Below are positions 12,063-23,600 of a stretch of 64,000 nucleotides of DNA, one piece after another. This stretch comes from an uncultured cyanobacterium (GTDB lineage: Bacteria; Cyanobacteriota; Cyanobacteriia; Cyanobacteriales; CAWUOF01): the NCBI GenBank assembly GCA_963744145.1, contig CAVUSO010000001.1, forward strand, positions 2,208,001 through 2,272,000, written 5' to 3'. A program made the position numbers and the translations under genes. Position 1 is the first letter of the stretch. Each line of letters begins with the position of its first letter. The notes under the pieces were generated by a model, which ran no database searches, was not told the origin of the DNA, and saw only the letters and a list, made by a program, of their open reading frames with translations.

Positions 12063-13073
12063 ATGGCTCAACGTATTTATTTTCAATCTGTTACTGCTAT
12101 ATTAGGAGTCATGACATTTATTTCCCCAAGTATTGCCAGGGGAAGTCATGAGATGGTGTTCCCAGGAAATATCCCCACAATTATCTCTCAAAATAGCCAA
12201 GCTGTTGAATATTTTAAACAAGGTAGCATTCTTTATGATCAAGGAAATATTCAAGGTGCGGAAATAGCTTTGCGAAAAGCAATTGAAATCGATCCTAATT
12301 ATGCAGATCCACAGATAATTTTGGGGCTGATTTTAATTAATCAAAAAAAATCATCTGAAGCTAGTGATGCTTTTCGTCAAGCAATAAGGATTGATCCGAG
12401 TAATGTCGATTTTCATACTTTATTAGGAATTTCTTTAACTGAACAGGGTAAATTTACCGAAGCAGTGAGCGAGTTTGAAGAAGTAATTCGTCTCAATCCT
12501 ACCCGGGCTGAAGCTCATACCAATTTGGGACTTGCTTTAGCAGCTCAAGGAAAATTAATGGAAGCAACTGAATCTTTTCGAGCAGCGATTCGTCTTGATC
12601 CTCAAGCACCATTAACCTATAATAATTTAGGCAGAGTTTTAACCGATCAAAGGAAATTTAATGAAGCGGTGGTTGCGTATCAACAAGCAATTAGTTTAAA
12701 TCCTAAACTACCTGAGACACATAATAATTTGGGAATAGTGCTAATTAATCAAGGTAAGTTAGCAGAAGCAATCAGACAATATCGTCTAGCAATTCTGTTT
12801 AACCCTAAATATGCAGAAGCTTACCTAAATTTAGGATTAGCACTTAAACAACAAGGTGATGTTGATAGCGCGATCGACAATTATCGCACTGCAATTAATA
12901 TTGATCCTAACTATGCAAATGCTTATTTTCGTTTAGGAGTAATTTTAATCGAACAAGGAGAAGATGCGGAAGGTATAGAAAATCTGCAAAAAGCTAGAAG
13001 CTTATTTAAAGACCAAGGTGATTTTCAACAAGAAGCCAATATTACTCAAATTCTGCGTCAATTAGGTCAATAA
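12063..13073 (+). CDS. Tetratricopeptide-repeat protein with N-terminal signal peptide
   Basis: About eight 34-aa TPR units (NNLG..L..QGK..EA...Y..AI..NP). Confidence 0.9.
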   Translation: MAQRIYFQSVTAILGVMTFISPSIARGSHEMVFPGNIPTIISQNSQAVEYFKQGSILYDQGNIQGAEIALRKAIEIDPNYADPQIILGLILINQKKSSEASDAFRQAIRIDPSNVDFHTLLGISLTEQGKFTEAVSEFEEVIRLNPTRAEAHTNLGLALAAQGKLMEATESFRAAIRLDPQAPLTYNNLGRVLTDQRKFNEAVVAYQQAISLNPKLPETHNNLGIVLINQGKLAEAIRQYRLAILFNPKYAEAYLNLGLALKQQGDVDSAIDNYRTAINIDPNYANAYFRLGVILIEQGEDAEGIENLQKARSLFKDQGDFQQEANITQILRQLGQ

Positions 13074-13086
13074 TCAGATCAAAGGT

Positions 13087-14649
13087 TCAACTAGGTTCAT
13101 GTTTTTTTAAACAATGAATTGCTTCTAAAAGACCTTTAGCTTTATTAATGGTTTCTTCATACTCTTTTTCTGGATCAGAATCAGCTACTATTCCTGCACC
13201 TGCTTGCACACTAACAATCTGTTTACCTGTTTGGGACCTTTGCACAATCATCGTCCGAATGGTAATCGCTGTATTTAATTGACCTTCAAAATCATAAAAT
13301 CCGTAAGCACCAGAATATGGTCCCCGACGACTACCTTCGAGTTCATAAATAATTTCCATTGCCCGAATTTTTGGCGCACCACTCACTGTCCCTGCTGGAA
13401 AACAAGCTTTCAGTAGTTCCCAAACGCTTTTAATGTCATGATCTAGTTCTCCCACCACATTACTAACAATGTGCATAACGTGAGAATAATATTCTATTTC
13501 TTTTAATTTAGTCGCTTTGACACTACCACTCACACAAACTCTACCCAGGTCATTTCGTCCTAAATCAACTAACATAACGTGTTCTGCTAGTTCTTTGGGA
13601 TCTTCGAGTAATTCGGTAGCTAACTGGACATCTTCTTGAGGTGTTTTACCCCGGGGACGAGTACCAGCAATGGGACGCACTGTGGTCATGATTTTCCCTG
13701 TTGGTAAAGTTTCCGCTTTGACCATGACTTCCGGACTAGAACCAATTATTTGCCAATCATGCAAGTGGAAATATGCCATATAAGGAGAAGGATTAATCAA
13801 ACGTAGCGATCGATAAAGTGCAAAAGGATCTCCTGAGTATTCAGTTGCTAAACGCTGGGAAAGAACTACTTGAAAAATATCTCCGGCTTTGATATAATCC
13901 TTAGCTTTTTTGACATTGGCGCAAAATTGGGCGCGAGTAGTGTTACTACTATATTCGCTTTTCTCTAGGCTCTGGTGAGTAGGAGGAGTCCATTCCAAAA
14001 AGCGATCTTGCTTGGTCAAAGGACATTCCAGTTTACTCACCAGTTGAGCCACCCGATCGCTAGCTCTGTGATATGCTGTGGCTAAATCTAGACTGGGATC
14101 ACGTAAATCAGCATAAGCGATCGCCCAAATTTTCCGTTTTACCTGATCAAAAATCAATAATTGATCAACTTGCATCCACAATCCATCCGGTAATTCAGTT
14201 TCATTAGTCGGATAAATCGGTACAGAAGGTTCAATCCACTGAATTAATTCATATCCCCAAAATCCAAATAAACCGCTTACACCTGGGGGAAGTTGAGCTA
14301 ATTTAACTGGGTTAATTGAAGCCAGACAATTAGCTAAAATGGCAAAAGGATCACCATTAAAAACTTTTTCTCCACCATCGCGCGGAATTTTAAGAGTGCG
14401 ATCGCCTTTAGTGGTCAATATCCATAAGGGATCGCAACCTAAGAAACTATAACGTCCAATTTTTTCTCCCCCTTCCACTGACTCCAACAAAAAGCTGTAG
14501 GGTTCACCAGCACAAACCTTATACCAAGCTGAAACCGGAGTTTCTAGATCCGCTACCCACTCTTGGTATACAGGGATAAAATTAAATTTACCATTCTGGT
14601 TACTAGTTTGAGCCAGTTCAGAAAAATGGGAGAAATTTGGAAAAACCAT
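13087..14649 (-). CDS. trpE: Anthranilate synthase component I
   Basis: LLESVEGGEKIGRYS, GDIFQVVLSQR, NPSPYM, PIAGTRPRG, EHVMLVDLGRND, GAPKIRAM. Confidence 0.96.
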   Translation of the reverse strand: MVFPNFSHFSELAQTSNQNGKFNFIPVYQEWVADLETPVSAWYKVCAGEPYSFLLESVEGGEKIGRYSFLGCDPLWILTTKGDRTLKIPRDGGEKVFNGDPFAILANCLASINPVKLAQLPPGVSGLFGFWGYELIQWIEPSVPIYPTNETELPDGLWMQVDQLLIFDQVKRKIWAIAYADLRDPSLDLATAYHRASDRVAQLVSKLECPLTKQDRFLEWTPPTHQSLEKSEYSSNTTRAQFCANVKKAKDYIKAGDIFQVVLSQRLATEYSGDPFALYRSLRLINPSPYMAYFHLHDWQIIGSSPEVMVKAETLPTGKIMTTVRPIAGTRPRGKTPQEDVQLATELLEDPKELAEHVMLVDLGRNDLGRVCVSGSVKATKLKEIEYYSHVMHIVSNVVGELDHDIKSVWELLKACFPAGTVSGAPKIRAMEIIYELEGSRRGPYSGAYGFYDFEGQLNTAITIRTMIVQRSQTGKQIVSVQAGAGIVADSDPEKEYEETINKAKGLLEAIHCLKKHEPS

Positions 14650-14722
14650 AGATTTTTACTTGACTCGATCGGATCACCGAGTTGTTTTCACAAGATCAGA
14701 TTAACTTGATTTGATCAAAAAC

Positions 14723-14763
14723 AATATTAGCCTCGGAAGTAGTTAACTTCCGAGACTGATATT
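14723..14763 (-). terminator. Hairpin downstream of psaD, probable terminator or stability stem
   Basis: aatattag-cctcggaagt-agtta-acttccgaga-ctgatatt inverted repeat between psaD stop and trpE start. Confidence 0.55.
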
Positions 14764-14861
14764 AATATTATGGCATTGAGTGTGCAACACAATCAGCGCG
14801 TTGCCTCTGAGGCACAACTTTAATCAGACAGACTACGAAACTCGCATCACTAGCCGCAATT

Positions 14862-15290
14862 TTAGACTTCAAAAGTCTTATGACCAGTGAACTTAACTGT
14901 CGCAGGGTTCGGATTACTACCGATATTGCGAGCAATATTGCCCACATGAGGACGACCTGGATTTACCTTTTCTGGGAAAACTCCATCACTCGGATGTAGG
15001 AATTGGATTTCCCCATTTGGGAAGATCCGGTAAATTTTGTAGTTGTCAATTTTGGGCTTAATTTTTGTCCGCAGTTGATTTCCCAAAGCGATACATTGTT
15101 CCTTGCGAGCTAGATAAAGGAGGTTATCACCTTCGTGCATAGTAGCAGCACCACCTGTCGGCAATTCAAATACGATTGCTTTCGGGCTAGTCCAAGTAAT
15201 TGCGTATTTTTCTTCTACTAGAGCTTTGGTTAATAAGCCACCAGTGCTACCACCAAAAGCAGGGGTTTGTCCAGTTAAGGTTTCTGCCAT
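14862..15290 (-). CDS. psaD: Photosystem I reaction centre subunit II
   Basis: [39 protein letters not shown]. Confidence 0.97.
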   Translation of the reverse strand: MAETLTGQTPAFGGSTGGLLTKALVEEKYAITWTSPKAIVFELPTGGAATMHEGDNLLYLARKEQCIALGNQLRTKIKPKIDNYKIYRIFPNGEIQFLHPSDGVFPEKVNPGRPHVGNIARNIGSNPNPATVKFTGHKTFEV

Positions 15291-15398
15291 TGAATTAACT
15301 CTTTAGAACGTTCTAGGGAATAGTATCATTGAAACCCTACTCATCTAGAAAATTTGTCAAGAACTGTAACATTTCTGTGAACAAACCTGACACTGAAA

Positions 15399-15426
15399 GT
15401 AGGGGCGTATTGCCATACGCCCCTAC
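15399..15426. repeat. REP-like palindrome, GTAGGGGCGTA..TACGCCCCTAC family
   Basis: gtaggggcgtattgccatacgcccctac. Related copies near 23848, 36847, 37226, 42857, 42904 and 45258. Confidence 0.85.
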
Positions 15427-15451
15427 CAGTCAGGTGAAGAAATGGCCAGAT

Positions 15452-17476
15452 TTACTCAGGATTTTTGGCTTTTAGTTTTCGTGCCGATCGCTTAATCGCG
15501 ATTGGTGCCGAGTTAGAATTAACTGGATTGGAGGATTCTAGAGAACTATCAGTAACAATCGGAATTGTGAAATGAAATTCACTACCTTGGTCTTTACCAA
15601 CGGATTTTGCCCAAATTTGACCACCCCAGCTCGTGACAATTTGCCGACAAATCGCCAAACCCAGACCAGTACCTCCCGTAGAGCGTCTGAGGGCACCTTC
15701 TTCCTGATAAAATCGATCAAAAACTGCTTCTAGTCGATCTGGAGTAATTCCCCTTCCTGTGTCGGCGATCGTTACTTCTAGCATTTGACTATTATAAAGA
15801 TGAGCCAGTAGGGTAACTTCTCCCTCCGAACCGGTAAATTTACAAGCATTATCCAACAGTTTCGCCAATACCTCCACCAACCATTCCCCATCAGCGCGAA
15901 CTAAAGGTAGTTCTGGGGGTAATTTGGTTTTAATGACAGGCAATTTTTGATCATAATGACGTGCGCGAATATTACTGAGGGCTAAATCTATACATTCTTG
16001 TAAGGGGAGAGACTCTAAATGCCATTCGACTCGACCACTTTCTAATTGAGATAGAGTGAGAAAATCCTGCACCAGTTTACGCAATCGTTCGGCATCAGCG
16101 AGGGCTGTATTGAGCATGACCTGCTGTAATTCTGGTGCCATATTTGGTTCAGTGGCTAAACTTTCTAGACAAACTTGAATCGTTGAAAGGGGAGTGCGGA
16201 GTTCGTGACCAGTAATGGCGATTAAATTGCTGCGAGTGCGTTCTAGTGCTTCTAGTTGCTGATTAAGGTCTTCTAGGTTAGCATAAGCTTCCCCTTGAAT
16301 TAAGGCTACTCCTACTTGGGCAGCGATCGCCTCAACTAGGGATAGGTCATCAGCTTGCCAATGAGGTAAACAATCCGCACAATGGTGTAATTCTACTATG
16401 CCGCGAATTTGTCCGCCATAAAGCACAGGCACCATTAACCATGAATTAATCTGAAATTGCTCAATTAGTTCGGCAATCTGAGTTTTCCCAAATCGAGGGT
16501 CATTTTTAGCACTTTGCACATAAACTTGTTCTCGACGCTGTACTACTTCGGCAAATAAGGGATTAGTTTGGAGTGACCATTCTTTTCCCGTTAAAGCCAC
16601 CACCGCTGAACCTAAAAATTCATGTCGAATTGTTGCTACTTTATCATTGGCTTGACAACGATAGATCAGACAACGGCAAACTCCGAGAGCCTGTCCTAAT
16701 TCTTGGGCTGCAACTTGCAGAATTTCCTGGGGATTCAGGGTGCGTCTAATTGCAGCTGTAATTGAGTTGACTAAACGTTCTTTTCTTTCCTGACTAGAGC
16801 GAGCTGCGTAAGCTTTGAGTAATTTATATTGTCCAGCTTGGAGATAATTGACTAGACGTTGAGCAAAGGGATCGGGAGCCACACTTTGACATTCGAGTGG
16901 TTGCTGTTGCAATAATTGCGATCGCGCTTGCTTGATTTTTTCCTTTAGCTCTGGTCGATATTTGGCGATCCGATTCAGTAATATTGCTGCCATTTTGCAA
17001 CTAACTTGACGGTCAAACGTCCAGATTCCTTCAAATCGACGAGATGTGTCCATATCTATGCTCGTCTCCGTTTTAAAGTTATCTTTTGTGGTTAACCCTT
17101 CTCTTTCCCGACAAATTAAACAACTGGTATATTGCTGTCCAATCACGACTAAGTGCCATTCGTGACTCAGAGGATCGCTCGGTCTAAATGCTACTGTTTC
17201 ATATCCATCGGAGCGGTTGCTAAAATCGGTTTCTGGGGCAGCTAGTATGTATAACTGATTGGTAAGTTCCGCAATCCGTTCATAGCGATGGGCTTCTTGA
17301 CGATAGAATCGTTCTGTTTGGAAGCAGGCAATTACTAAAGGGCTATCAGACCCAGCCAATACCTGATCTTCCATCGCATGGGAAAGAGCTGTTAAGGAAG
17401 ATTTAAAATAAATTTGCGGTCGTAACTGAGGCAGGGCTTGTAGTAGTTCATCCAGTACCGAATTAGGAACGCGCAT
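15452..17476 (-). CDS. DICT-GAF sensor histidine kinase
   Basis: YFKSSLTALSHAMEDQ...FQTERFYRQEAHRY and EWHLVVIG (DICT), a GAF domain, GHELRTPL, LLDNACKFT, GGTGLGL. ATG at 17476 preferred. Confidence 0.9.
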   Translation of the reverse strand: MRVPNSVLDELLQALPQLRPQIYFKSSLTALSHAMEDQVLAGSDSPLVIACFQTERFYRQEAHRYERIAELTNQLYILAAPETDFSNRSDGYETVAFRPSDPLSHEWHLVVIGQQYTSCLICREREGLTTKDNFKTETSIDMDTSRRFEGIWTFDRQVSCKMAAILLNRIAKYRPELKEKIKQARSQLLQQQPLECQSVAPDPFAQRLVNYLQAGQYKLLKAYAARSSQERKERLVNSITAAIRRTLNPQEILQVAAQELGQALGVCRCLIYRCQANDKVATIRHEFLGSAVVALTGKEWSLQTNPLFAEVVQRREQVYVQSAKNDPRFGKTQIAELIEQFQINSWLMVPVLYGGQIRGIVELHHCADCLPHWQADDLSLVEAIAAQVGVALIQGEAYANLEDLNQQLEALERTRSNLIAITGHELRTPLSTIQVCLESLATEPNMAPELQQVMLNTALADAERLRKLVQDFLTLSQLESGRVEWHLESLPLQECIDLALSNIRARHYDQKLPVIKTKLPPELPLVRADGEWLVEVLAKLLDNACKFTGSEGEVTLLAHLYNSQMLEVTIADTGRGITPDRLEAVFDRFYQEEGALRRSTGGTGLGLAICRQIVTSWGGQIWAKSVGKDQGSEFHFTIPIVTDSSLESSNPVNSNSAPIAIKRSARKLKAKNPE

Positions 17477-17939
17477 TGATCTCCGTTTCAGCTCCATCTG
17501 GCCAAATTCTACGTTTTTACTGGTTTTGTTGGTACTTGTTACCTAGTAGCAGGTTGGGTTAAACAAATTATTGACTAAATTTCAATCTACTTTTTTTTTT
17601 GACTATATCTTACTCAGTTTAACCAAAATTACGAGAATTTTTATAAATAGAAAAATTTACATAAAACTTTACAAATTTGCTTCATTACCCCCAAACTTGA
17701 TTTGCCAAATATTACTAATGATGGCTGTTCGTGGCCCACTTTTGCTGACCTTCCTTTTGCCAATTAATGATAAGATCGGGTTGAGATTGTGGGAGATTTT
17801 GATAAAATGTTTTAAAATAAAATATCAGCCTCTGCTACTTAAATAAAAGTCAGGTAACTAAGATGATTGGTGCCAGTCAAAAATTAAACCTGTAGGGGAC
17901 TTACTGCTCAATTTAAAATCAAATTATCCGCAATTGAAC

Positions 17940-20405
17940 ATGATGCTAAACCAGTTACGATTTGTGCTAAATAGTGATGAAAAAACCGATTTGCGCCAGT
18001 TTATTATCGAATTACGTTCCAGTGATAATTCCGGTGATTTTAGCTATTTTTTACGAAATCAAATTGCCCACGCTTTTGCTGAATACTGCATTAAGCAGGA
18101 AAAACCAGCCTACTTTTATCATGCTTCGTCTCTAGGAGAATTCATTAAACATGTTCATGAAATGATTCTCGAAGAAGAAAGTATCTGGTTTATCGTCCGA
18201 CCCAAAATTGCGACTCAAGAAATTTATCGAATCACCACAGATTTAACAGTAGTAGAAACGGTTTCTATTCAAGATTTACTTGATCTACGCGATCGCAAAG
18301 TTCATCCTCACCACCACCATCAAGGTGGAGTTCTCGAAATCGATTTTGAGCCATTTTATGACCAATCTCAGATCATCCGTGATCCGAGAAATATTGGTAA
18401 AGGGATAGAATTTCTGAATCGGTATCTAGCAGGTAATTTATTTGCTAATCCCGATCTGTGGCTAAATTCGCTGTTAAAGTTTTTACGAGACCATCAGTAT
18501 AATGGGATTCCTTTACTAATTAACGATCGCATTCAAACCAGTACCCAGTTAAGTGAACAAGTTAAACTAGCTTTAAATTTTCTGAGTAAGCAATCAACTG
18601 ATCAACCTTATGTAGAGTTGCGATTCAAATTACAAGAAATGGGATTTGAACCAGGTTGGGGAAATACCGCAGGGACAGCACAACAAACCTTTGAATTACT
18701 CGATAAGTTAATTGAATCTCCCGTAATCGAAATTGAACGCGATCGCATAGTTCATGGTTTATTAGAAGCTTTTATCTCCCGGATACCTCTAATTTTTCGG
18801 ATTGTCCTGGTTTCAGTTGATGGTTGGGTCGCTCAATCCGGTGTAATTGGACGTACAGATACAGCAGGTCAAGTAGTTTATGTAATTGAACAAGCAAAAA
18901 ACTTGGAAAAACAATTACAACTAGACTTCAAACTTGCTGGTTTAGATCTCCTAGAAATCAAACCTCAAGTTATTGTTCTAACGCGGTTAATTCCCCATAG
19001 TGAAGGAACTCTTTGTCACCAGCGTAAAGAAAAAATTGATGATACAGAAAATGCTTGGATCTTGCGAGTTCCTTTCCGAGAATGTGACCATAAAATTCTT
19101 GAGAATTGGATTTCTCGCTTGGAAATATGGCCCTATTTGGAAAACTTTGCTATTGATGCTGAAAATGAATTAATTTCCGAATTACATGGACATCCAGAGT
19201 TAATTATTGGTAATTATTCCGATGGCAATTTAGTAGCATTTTTGCTGGCGAAGAAGTTAAAATCAATTCATTGTTTTATTGCCCATACTTTAGAAAAGCC
19301 TAAATATTTATTTAGTAATCTCTATTGGCAAGAATTAGAATCTCAATATCATTTTTCTTTGCAGTTTACAGCAGATTTAATTGGGATGAATGTAGCTGAT
19401 TTTATTATTACCAGCACCGATCAAGAGATTGTGGGCACCCATGAAAGCTTTGGGCAATATGAATCCTATAAGAGTTTTACTATGCCAGGATTATATCGGG
19501 TGATTAATGGGATTGAGTTATTTAGTCCCAAATTTAACGTGATTCCTCCAGGAGTAAATGAACATATATTTTTCCCCTACAGTGAAACTGAAAATCGAGT
19601 CAGTGCTGAACGCGATTGGATTAATGATTTACTTTTTATGAAGGAAGAAACACAACAGATTATTGGTAAACTTGCTGATCAAAACAAACGACCAATCTTA
19701 GCGATCGCACCGCTCAATAGTAGTAAAAATTTAACTGGTTTAGCAGAATGTTTTGGTAAAAGTATCGCTTTACAGGAACAATGTAATTTGATTATCGTCA
19801 CCCATAAAATTAACCCGATCGCAGCAAGCAACCCAGAGGAAAAAAATGAGATCGAGAAATTGCAGGAAATCATCGAACGATATCATCTACATGACCGAGT
19901 TCGGTGGCTCGGTTTACGATTAAGAAAACCGGAGATTGGTGAGGTATACAGAATTATTGGCGATCGGGGTGGGATTTTTGTCAATGCTGCCAAATTTGAA
20001 GCATTTGGGCTAACAGTTTTAGAAGCAATGATCTCGGGTCTACCCACTTTTGCCACTCAATTTGGCGGACCTTTAGAAATTATCCAAGATGGAGAAAATG
20101 GTTTTCATATTAACCCAACAGATTTGGAGGGAACAGCTACAAAAATTTTGGATTTTTTTGAGCGATGTGACAATAATTCCCACTACTGGGACCAAATATC
20201 AGAGCGAGCTATCAAACGAGTTCGTGATAAATATAACTGGCATAATCATAGTAAACAACTACTGTTACTGGCCAAAATCTATAGTTTTTGGCATGATGCT
20301 GCTAAACCAAATCGTGAAGCGTTACGACGCTATGTAGAAGCATTATTTTATTTGATTTACCAGCCCAGAGCAACTCAGATGTTAATGTCGCATTGTCAAA
20401 AGTGA
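17940..20405 (+). CDS. susB: Sucrose synthase, divergent SusB-like type (GT4)
   Basis: GFEPGWGNTA, DTAGQVVY, IIGNYSDGNLVA, GQYESY, KNLTGLAE, EAFGLTVLEAM. IAPLNSSKN replaces the canonical MARLDRVKN. Confidence 0.85.
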   Translation: MMLNQLRFVLNSDEKTDLRQFIIELRSSDNSGDFSYFLRNQIAHAFAEYCIKQEKPAYFYHASSLGEFIKHVHEMILEEESIWFIVRPKIATQEIYRITTDLTVVETVSIQDLLDLRDRKVHPHHHHQGGVLEIDFEPFYDQSQIIRDPRNIGKGIEFLNRYLAGNLFANPDLWLNSLLKFLRDHQYNGIPLLINDRIQTSTQLSEQVKLALNFLSKQSTDQPYVELRFKLQEMGFEPGWGNTAGTAQQTFELLDKLIESPVIEIERDRIVHGLLEAFISRIPLIFRIVLVSVDGWVAQSGVIGRTDTAGQVVYVIEQAKNLEKQLQLDFKLAGLDLLEIKPQVIVLTRLIPHSEGTLCHQRKEKIDDTENAWILRVPFRECDHKILENWISRLEIWPYLENFAIDAENELISELHGHPELIIGNYSDGNLVAFLLAKKLKSIHCFIAHTLEKPKYLFSNLYWQELESQYHFSLQFTADLIGMNVADFIITSTDQEIVGTHESFGQYESYKSFTMPGLYRVINGIELFSPKFNVIPPGVNEHIFFPYSETENRVSAERDWINDLLFMKEETQQIIGKLADQNKRPILAIAPLNSSKNLTGLAECFGKSIALQEQCNLIIVTHKINPIAASNPEEKNEIEKLQEIIERYHLHDRVRWLGLRLRKPEIGEVYRIIGDRGGIFVNAAKFEAFGLTVLEAMISGLPTFATQFGGPLEIIQDGENGFHINPTDLEGTATKILDFFERCDNNSHYWDQISERAIKRVRDKYNWHNHSKQLLLLAKIYSFWHDAAKPNREALRRYVEALFYLIYQPRATQMLMSHCQK

Positions 20406-20680
20406 AGTAATCACCAAAAATCGAAGAAAATTGCCGGAAGTTCGACCGGCTTACACCGGAAAAAATTAACTTTTCTCATATCATCCACTTCCGGATATTC
20501 TAAACTTATCCGGAAAATCAATGTGAGGCAGATTAAACTATAGATAAAGGCAAAAATGTCATTACATCTTTGCTCCTCCCATTACACTTTTATTTAGCTA
20601 CGGTTCATAGCTTTTATATATTCTATCTGGGCATCTATATAGCGCAATTGATCGTACTGATTTCCGGAATTCCCGATCCT

Positions 20681-23600
20681 ATGACTAAACCCTTGCTCAG
20701 CGAATTGTCAAAAGTGCAAAAATTTACCAGACCATCAACCAAAAAAGTTGCCACAAATGCAACCCTAAATAGACAAAATTTCCAATATACAGACTGGATA
20801 GTTCAAGAAACGAGTTTTGAGCCGAAACGTTTACATCATCGCGAAACAGTATTCACTATTGGTAATGGCTATTTAGGTACTCGAGGTAGCTTTGAAGAAA
20901 GCTATGCTGGAGCTTGGCCAACTACCTTCATTCATGGTATTTATGATGATGTGCCAGTAGTACATACTGAACTAGCAAACTGTCCAGATTGGCTAGCATT
21001 GATTGTATTGATTGACGGCGATCGCTTCCGTTTAGATCGAGGCGAAATTGTCCAATATCAGCGTCAATTGGACTTAAAAAGAGGTTTGCTGAGTCGGTAT
21101 ATCCGCTGGCGCAATCAAGCTGGTCATACAGTAGATATATATTTTGAGCGTTTCGCTAGTCTAGCAGATCCTAATATTGCGGCGATCCGTTGTCAAGTGA
21201 CACCAATAGATTTTGAGGGTCTGATTGAAGTTCAGGCCAGTATTAACGGTTATCCTGATAACCAAGGTGTGCGACACTGGGAATGGCTTGATCAAGGAGC
21301 AACCGAGAAAACAGTTTGGCTCCATTCATGCACCCGTCATAGTGGGATAGAGTTATCAATGGCAACTCAACTCGAGGTAGTTGGTGTCAAAGATGTGAAA
21401 ATTGACATCAAAGGATGTCAAGGTTATCCCACGATCGCAGCTACTTTTCAGGGTAGACCAGGAGAGACAGTCACCCTAGACAAAATAGTGACGATCTTTA
21501 GCACTAGAGAAACCCCCACTCCCACTCAGATGGCTCAGGATAAACTAGCAGCGATCGCATCAAGCAACAGTGGTGAAACCTCATTTAACAGCCAAAACTC
21601 ACCCTACACCAGTTTACTCTCTGCCCACGAACAAGCTTGGGTAGAAGTGTGGGATGCTTGCGATGTGATCATTGAAGGTGATTTAACTGCTCAAATCGCC
21701 ATCCGCTATAATCTATTTCAATTAATCATCGCTGCACCTCGTCATGATGAACGAGTCAGTATCCCAGCCAAAACTCTATCTGGTTATGCTTATCGAGGGC
21801 ACATATTTTGGGATACAGAAATCTTTATTGTGCCCTTCCTCACTTATACCCAACCGCAAATAGCCCGCAATTTACTCACCTATCGTTATCACACTTTACC
21901 AGGAGCGCGACGCAAAGCCCAAGAATCTGGTTATCAGGGGGCTTTATTTCCTTGGGAAAGTGCTAACTCTGGTGATGAAGTTACTCCCCGTTGGGTTCCT
22001 GATGCTGCCGGAGGTAAGGATTTAATCCGGATTTGGTGTGGTGATATTGAATTACATATCACTAGCGATGTTGCTTATGCAGTTTGGCATTATTGGCAAG
22101 CTACTAATGATCATCAATGGATGCGAGACTATGGTGCAGAGTTAATGCTTGATACTGCGGTTTTTTGGGGTTGTCGAGTTGAACACAATCAAGAAAAAGA
22201 TCGCTATGAAATCCGCGATGTGATCGGTCCTGATGAATATCACGATCATGTCAATAATAATGCTTTTACCAATCGGATGGTGCAGTGGCATTTGTCCAAG
22301 GCACTTGCTACCCTAGAATGGCTCGGGCAAGAATATCCCGATCGCGCGGCTGAGTTAGTAGCACAGCTCAATTTAGGTGCAGAACGACTCAATCATTGGG
22401 CGGATATTATTCAAAAATTATGGATTTCCCAAGATCCTAAGACTGGATTAATTGAACAGTGCGAAGGTTTCTTTGACCTGAAAGATATTAATCTGGATGA
22501 TTATGAACCTCGCACTCGTTCCATGCAATCTCTCTTAGGGATTGAAGGAGCAAATGCAGTTCAGGTATTAAAGCAAGCTGATGTATTGATGCTTTTGTAT
22601 CTGTTGCAAGATCAGTACGATTTGCCGACTATCCAAGCAAATTGGAATTACTATAATCCGCGGACTGATCACACTTATGGCTCTTCCTTAGGTCCAGCAA
22701 TTCATGGGATTTTAGCTTGCGAAATGCAGCAGCCAGAAATTGGCTTTGAACACTTTATGCGAGCAGCATTAGTTGATCTTGAAGATGTGCGTGGGAATGC
22801 AGCTGAGGGAATTCATGCTGCTTCGGCTGGGGGTGTGTGGCAAGCAGCTGTTTTTGGTTTTGGTGGGATCAGCATCACCCCATCAGGATTAGTAGCTACA
22901 CCTCATTTACCTCCAGGATGGACTAGGCTTAAGTTTAAATTACAATGGCGTGGGAAACAGCACGAATTTGATTTTAATTCCGATGGTGAAAAGGGAATAT
23001 CAGTTATGATAAACGGAGAAGAATCAGCTCAATTGTTATTTAGTCATCCGACATTTCCTCCACCTTTACCAATTCTTGGAGTAATCTTTGATTTGGATGG
23101 TGTGTTAACCGATACGGCTGAATATCATTATTTAGCTTGGCAAAAATTAGCTGATGAAGAAGGGATTCCTTTTGATCGTCAAGCTAATGAAGGAATGCGT
23201 GGTGTAGCTAGAAGAGAATCACTTTTACAAATGTTAGGCGATCGCCAAGTTTCAGCCGCCAAATTCTCAGAAATGATGGAGCGGAAAAACCGTTATTATT
23301 TGGAATTAATTCAAGGGATTAGTCCGGTAAATTTGTTACCCGGTGCAAGGGAATTATTAGCAGATTTACGTCAAGCAGGAATTAAGATTGGGATTGGTTC
23401 TGCTAGTAAGAATGCTCGCGCAGTAATTCAACGTTTAGGAATTGCTGATCAAATTGATGCGATCGCTGATGGTTATAGTGTAGAAAAAGCAAAACCAGCT
23501 CCAGATTTATTTCTCTATGCTGCTAATTTGTTAGGACTACTACCTGTACAATGTGTCGTAGTAGAAGATGCTACGGTCGGAGTAGAAGCAGCTAAATTAG

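Noticed and set aside
17571..17846. 91-aa ORF upstream of susB
   Set aside because: TTG start in an AT-rich divergent promoter region with no protein-like features.
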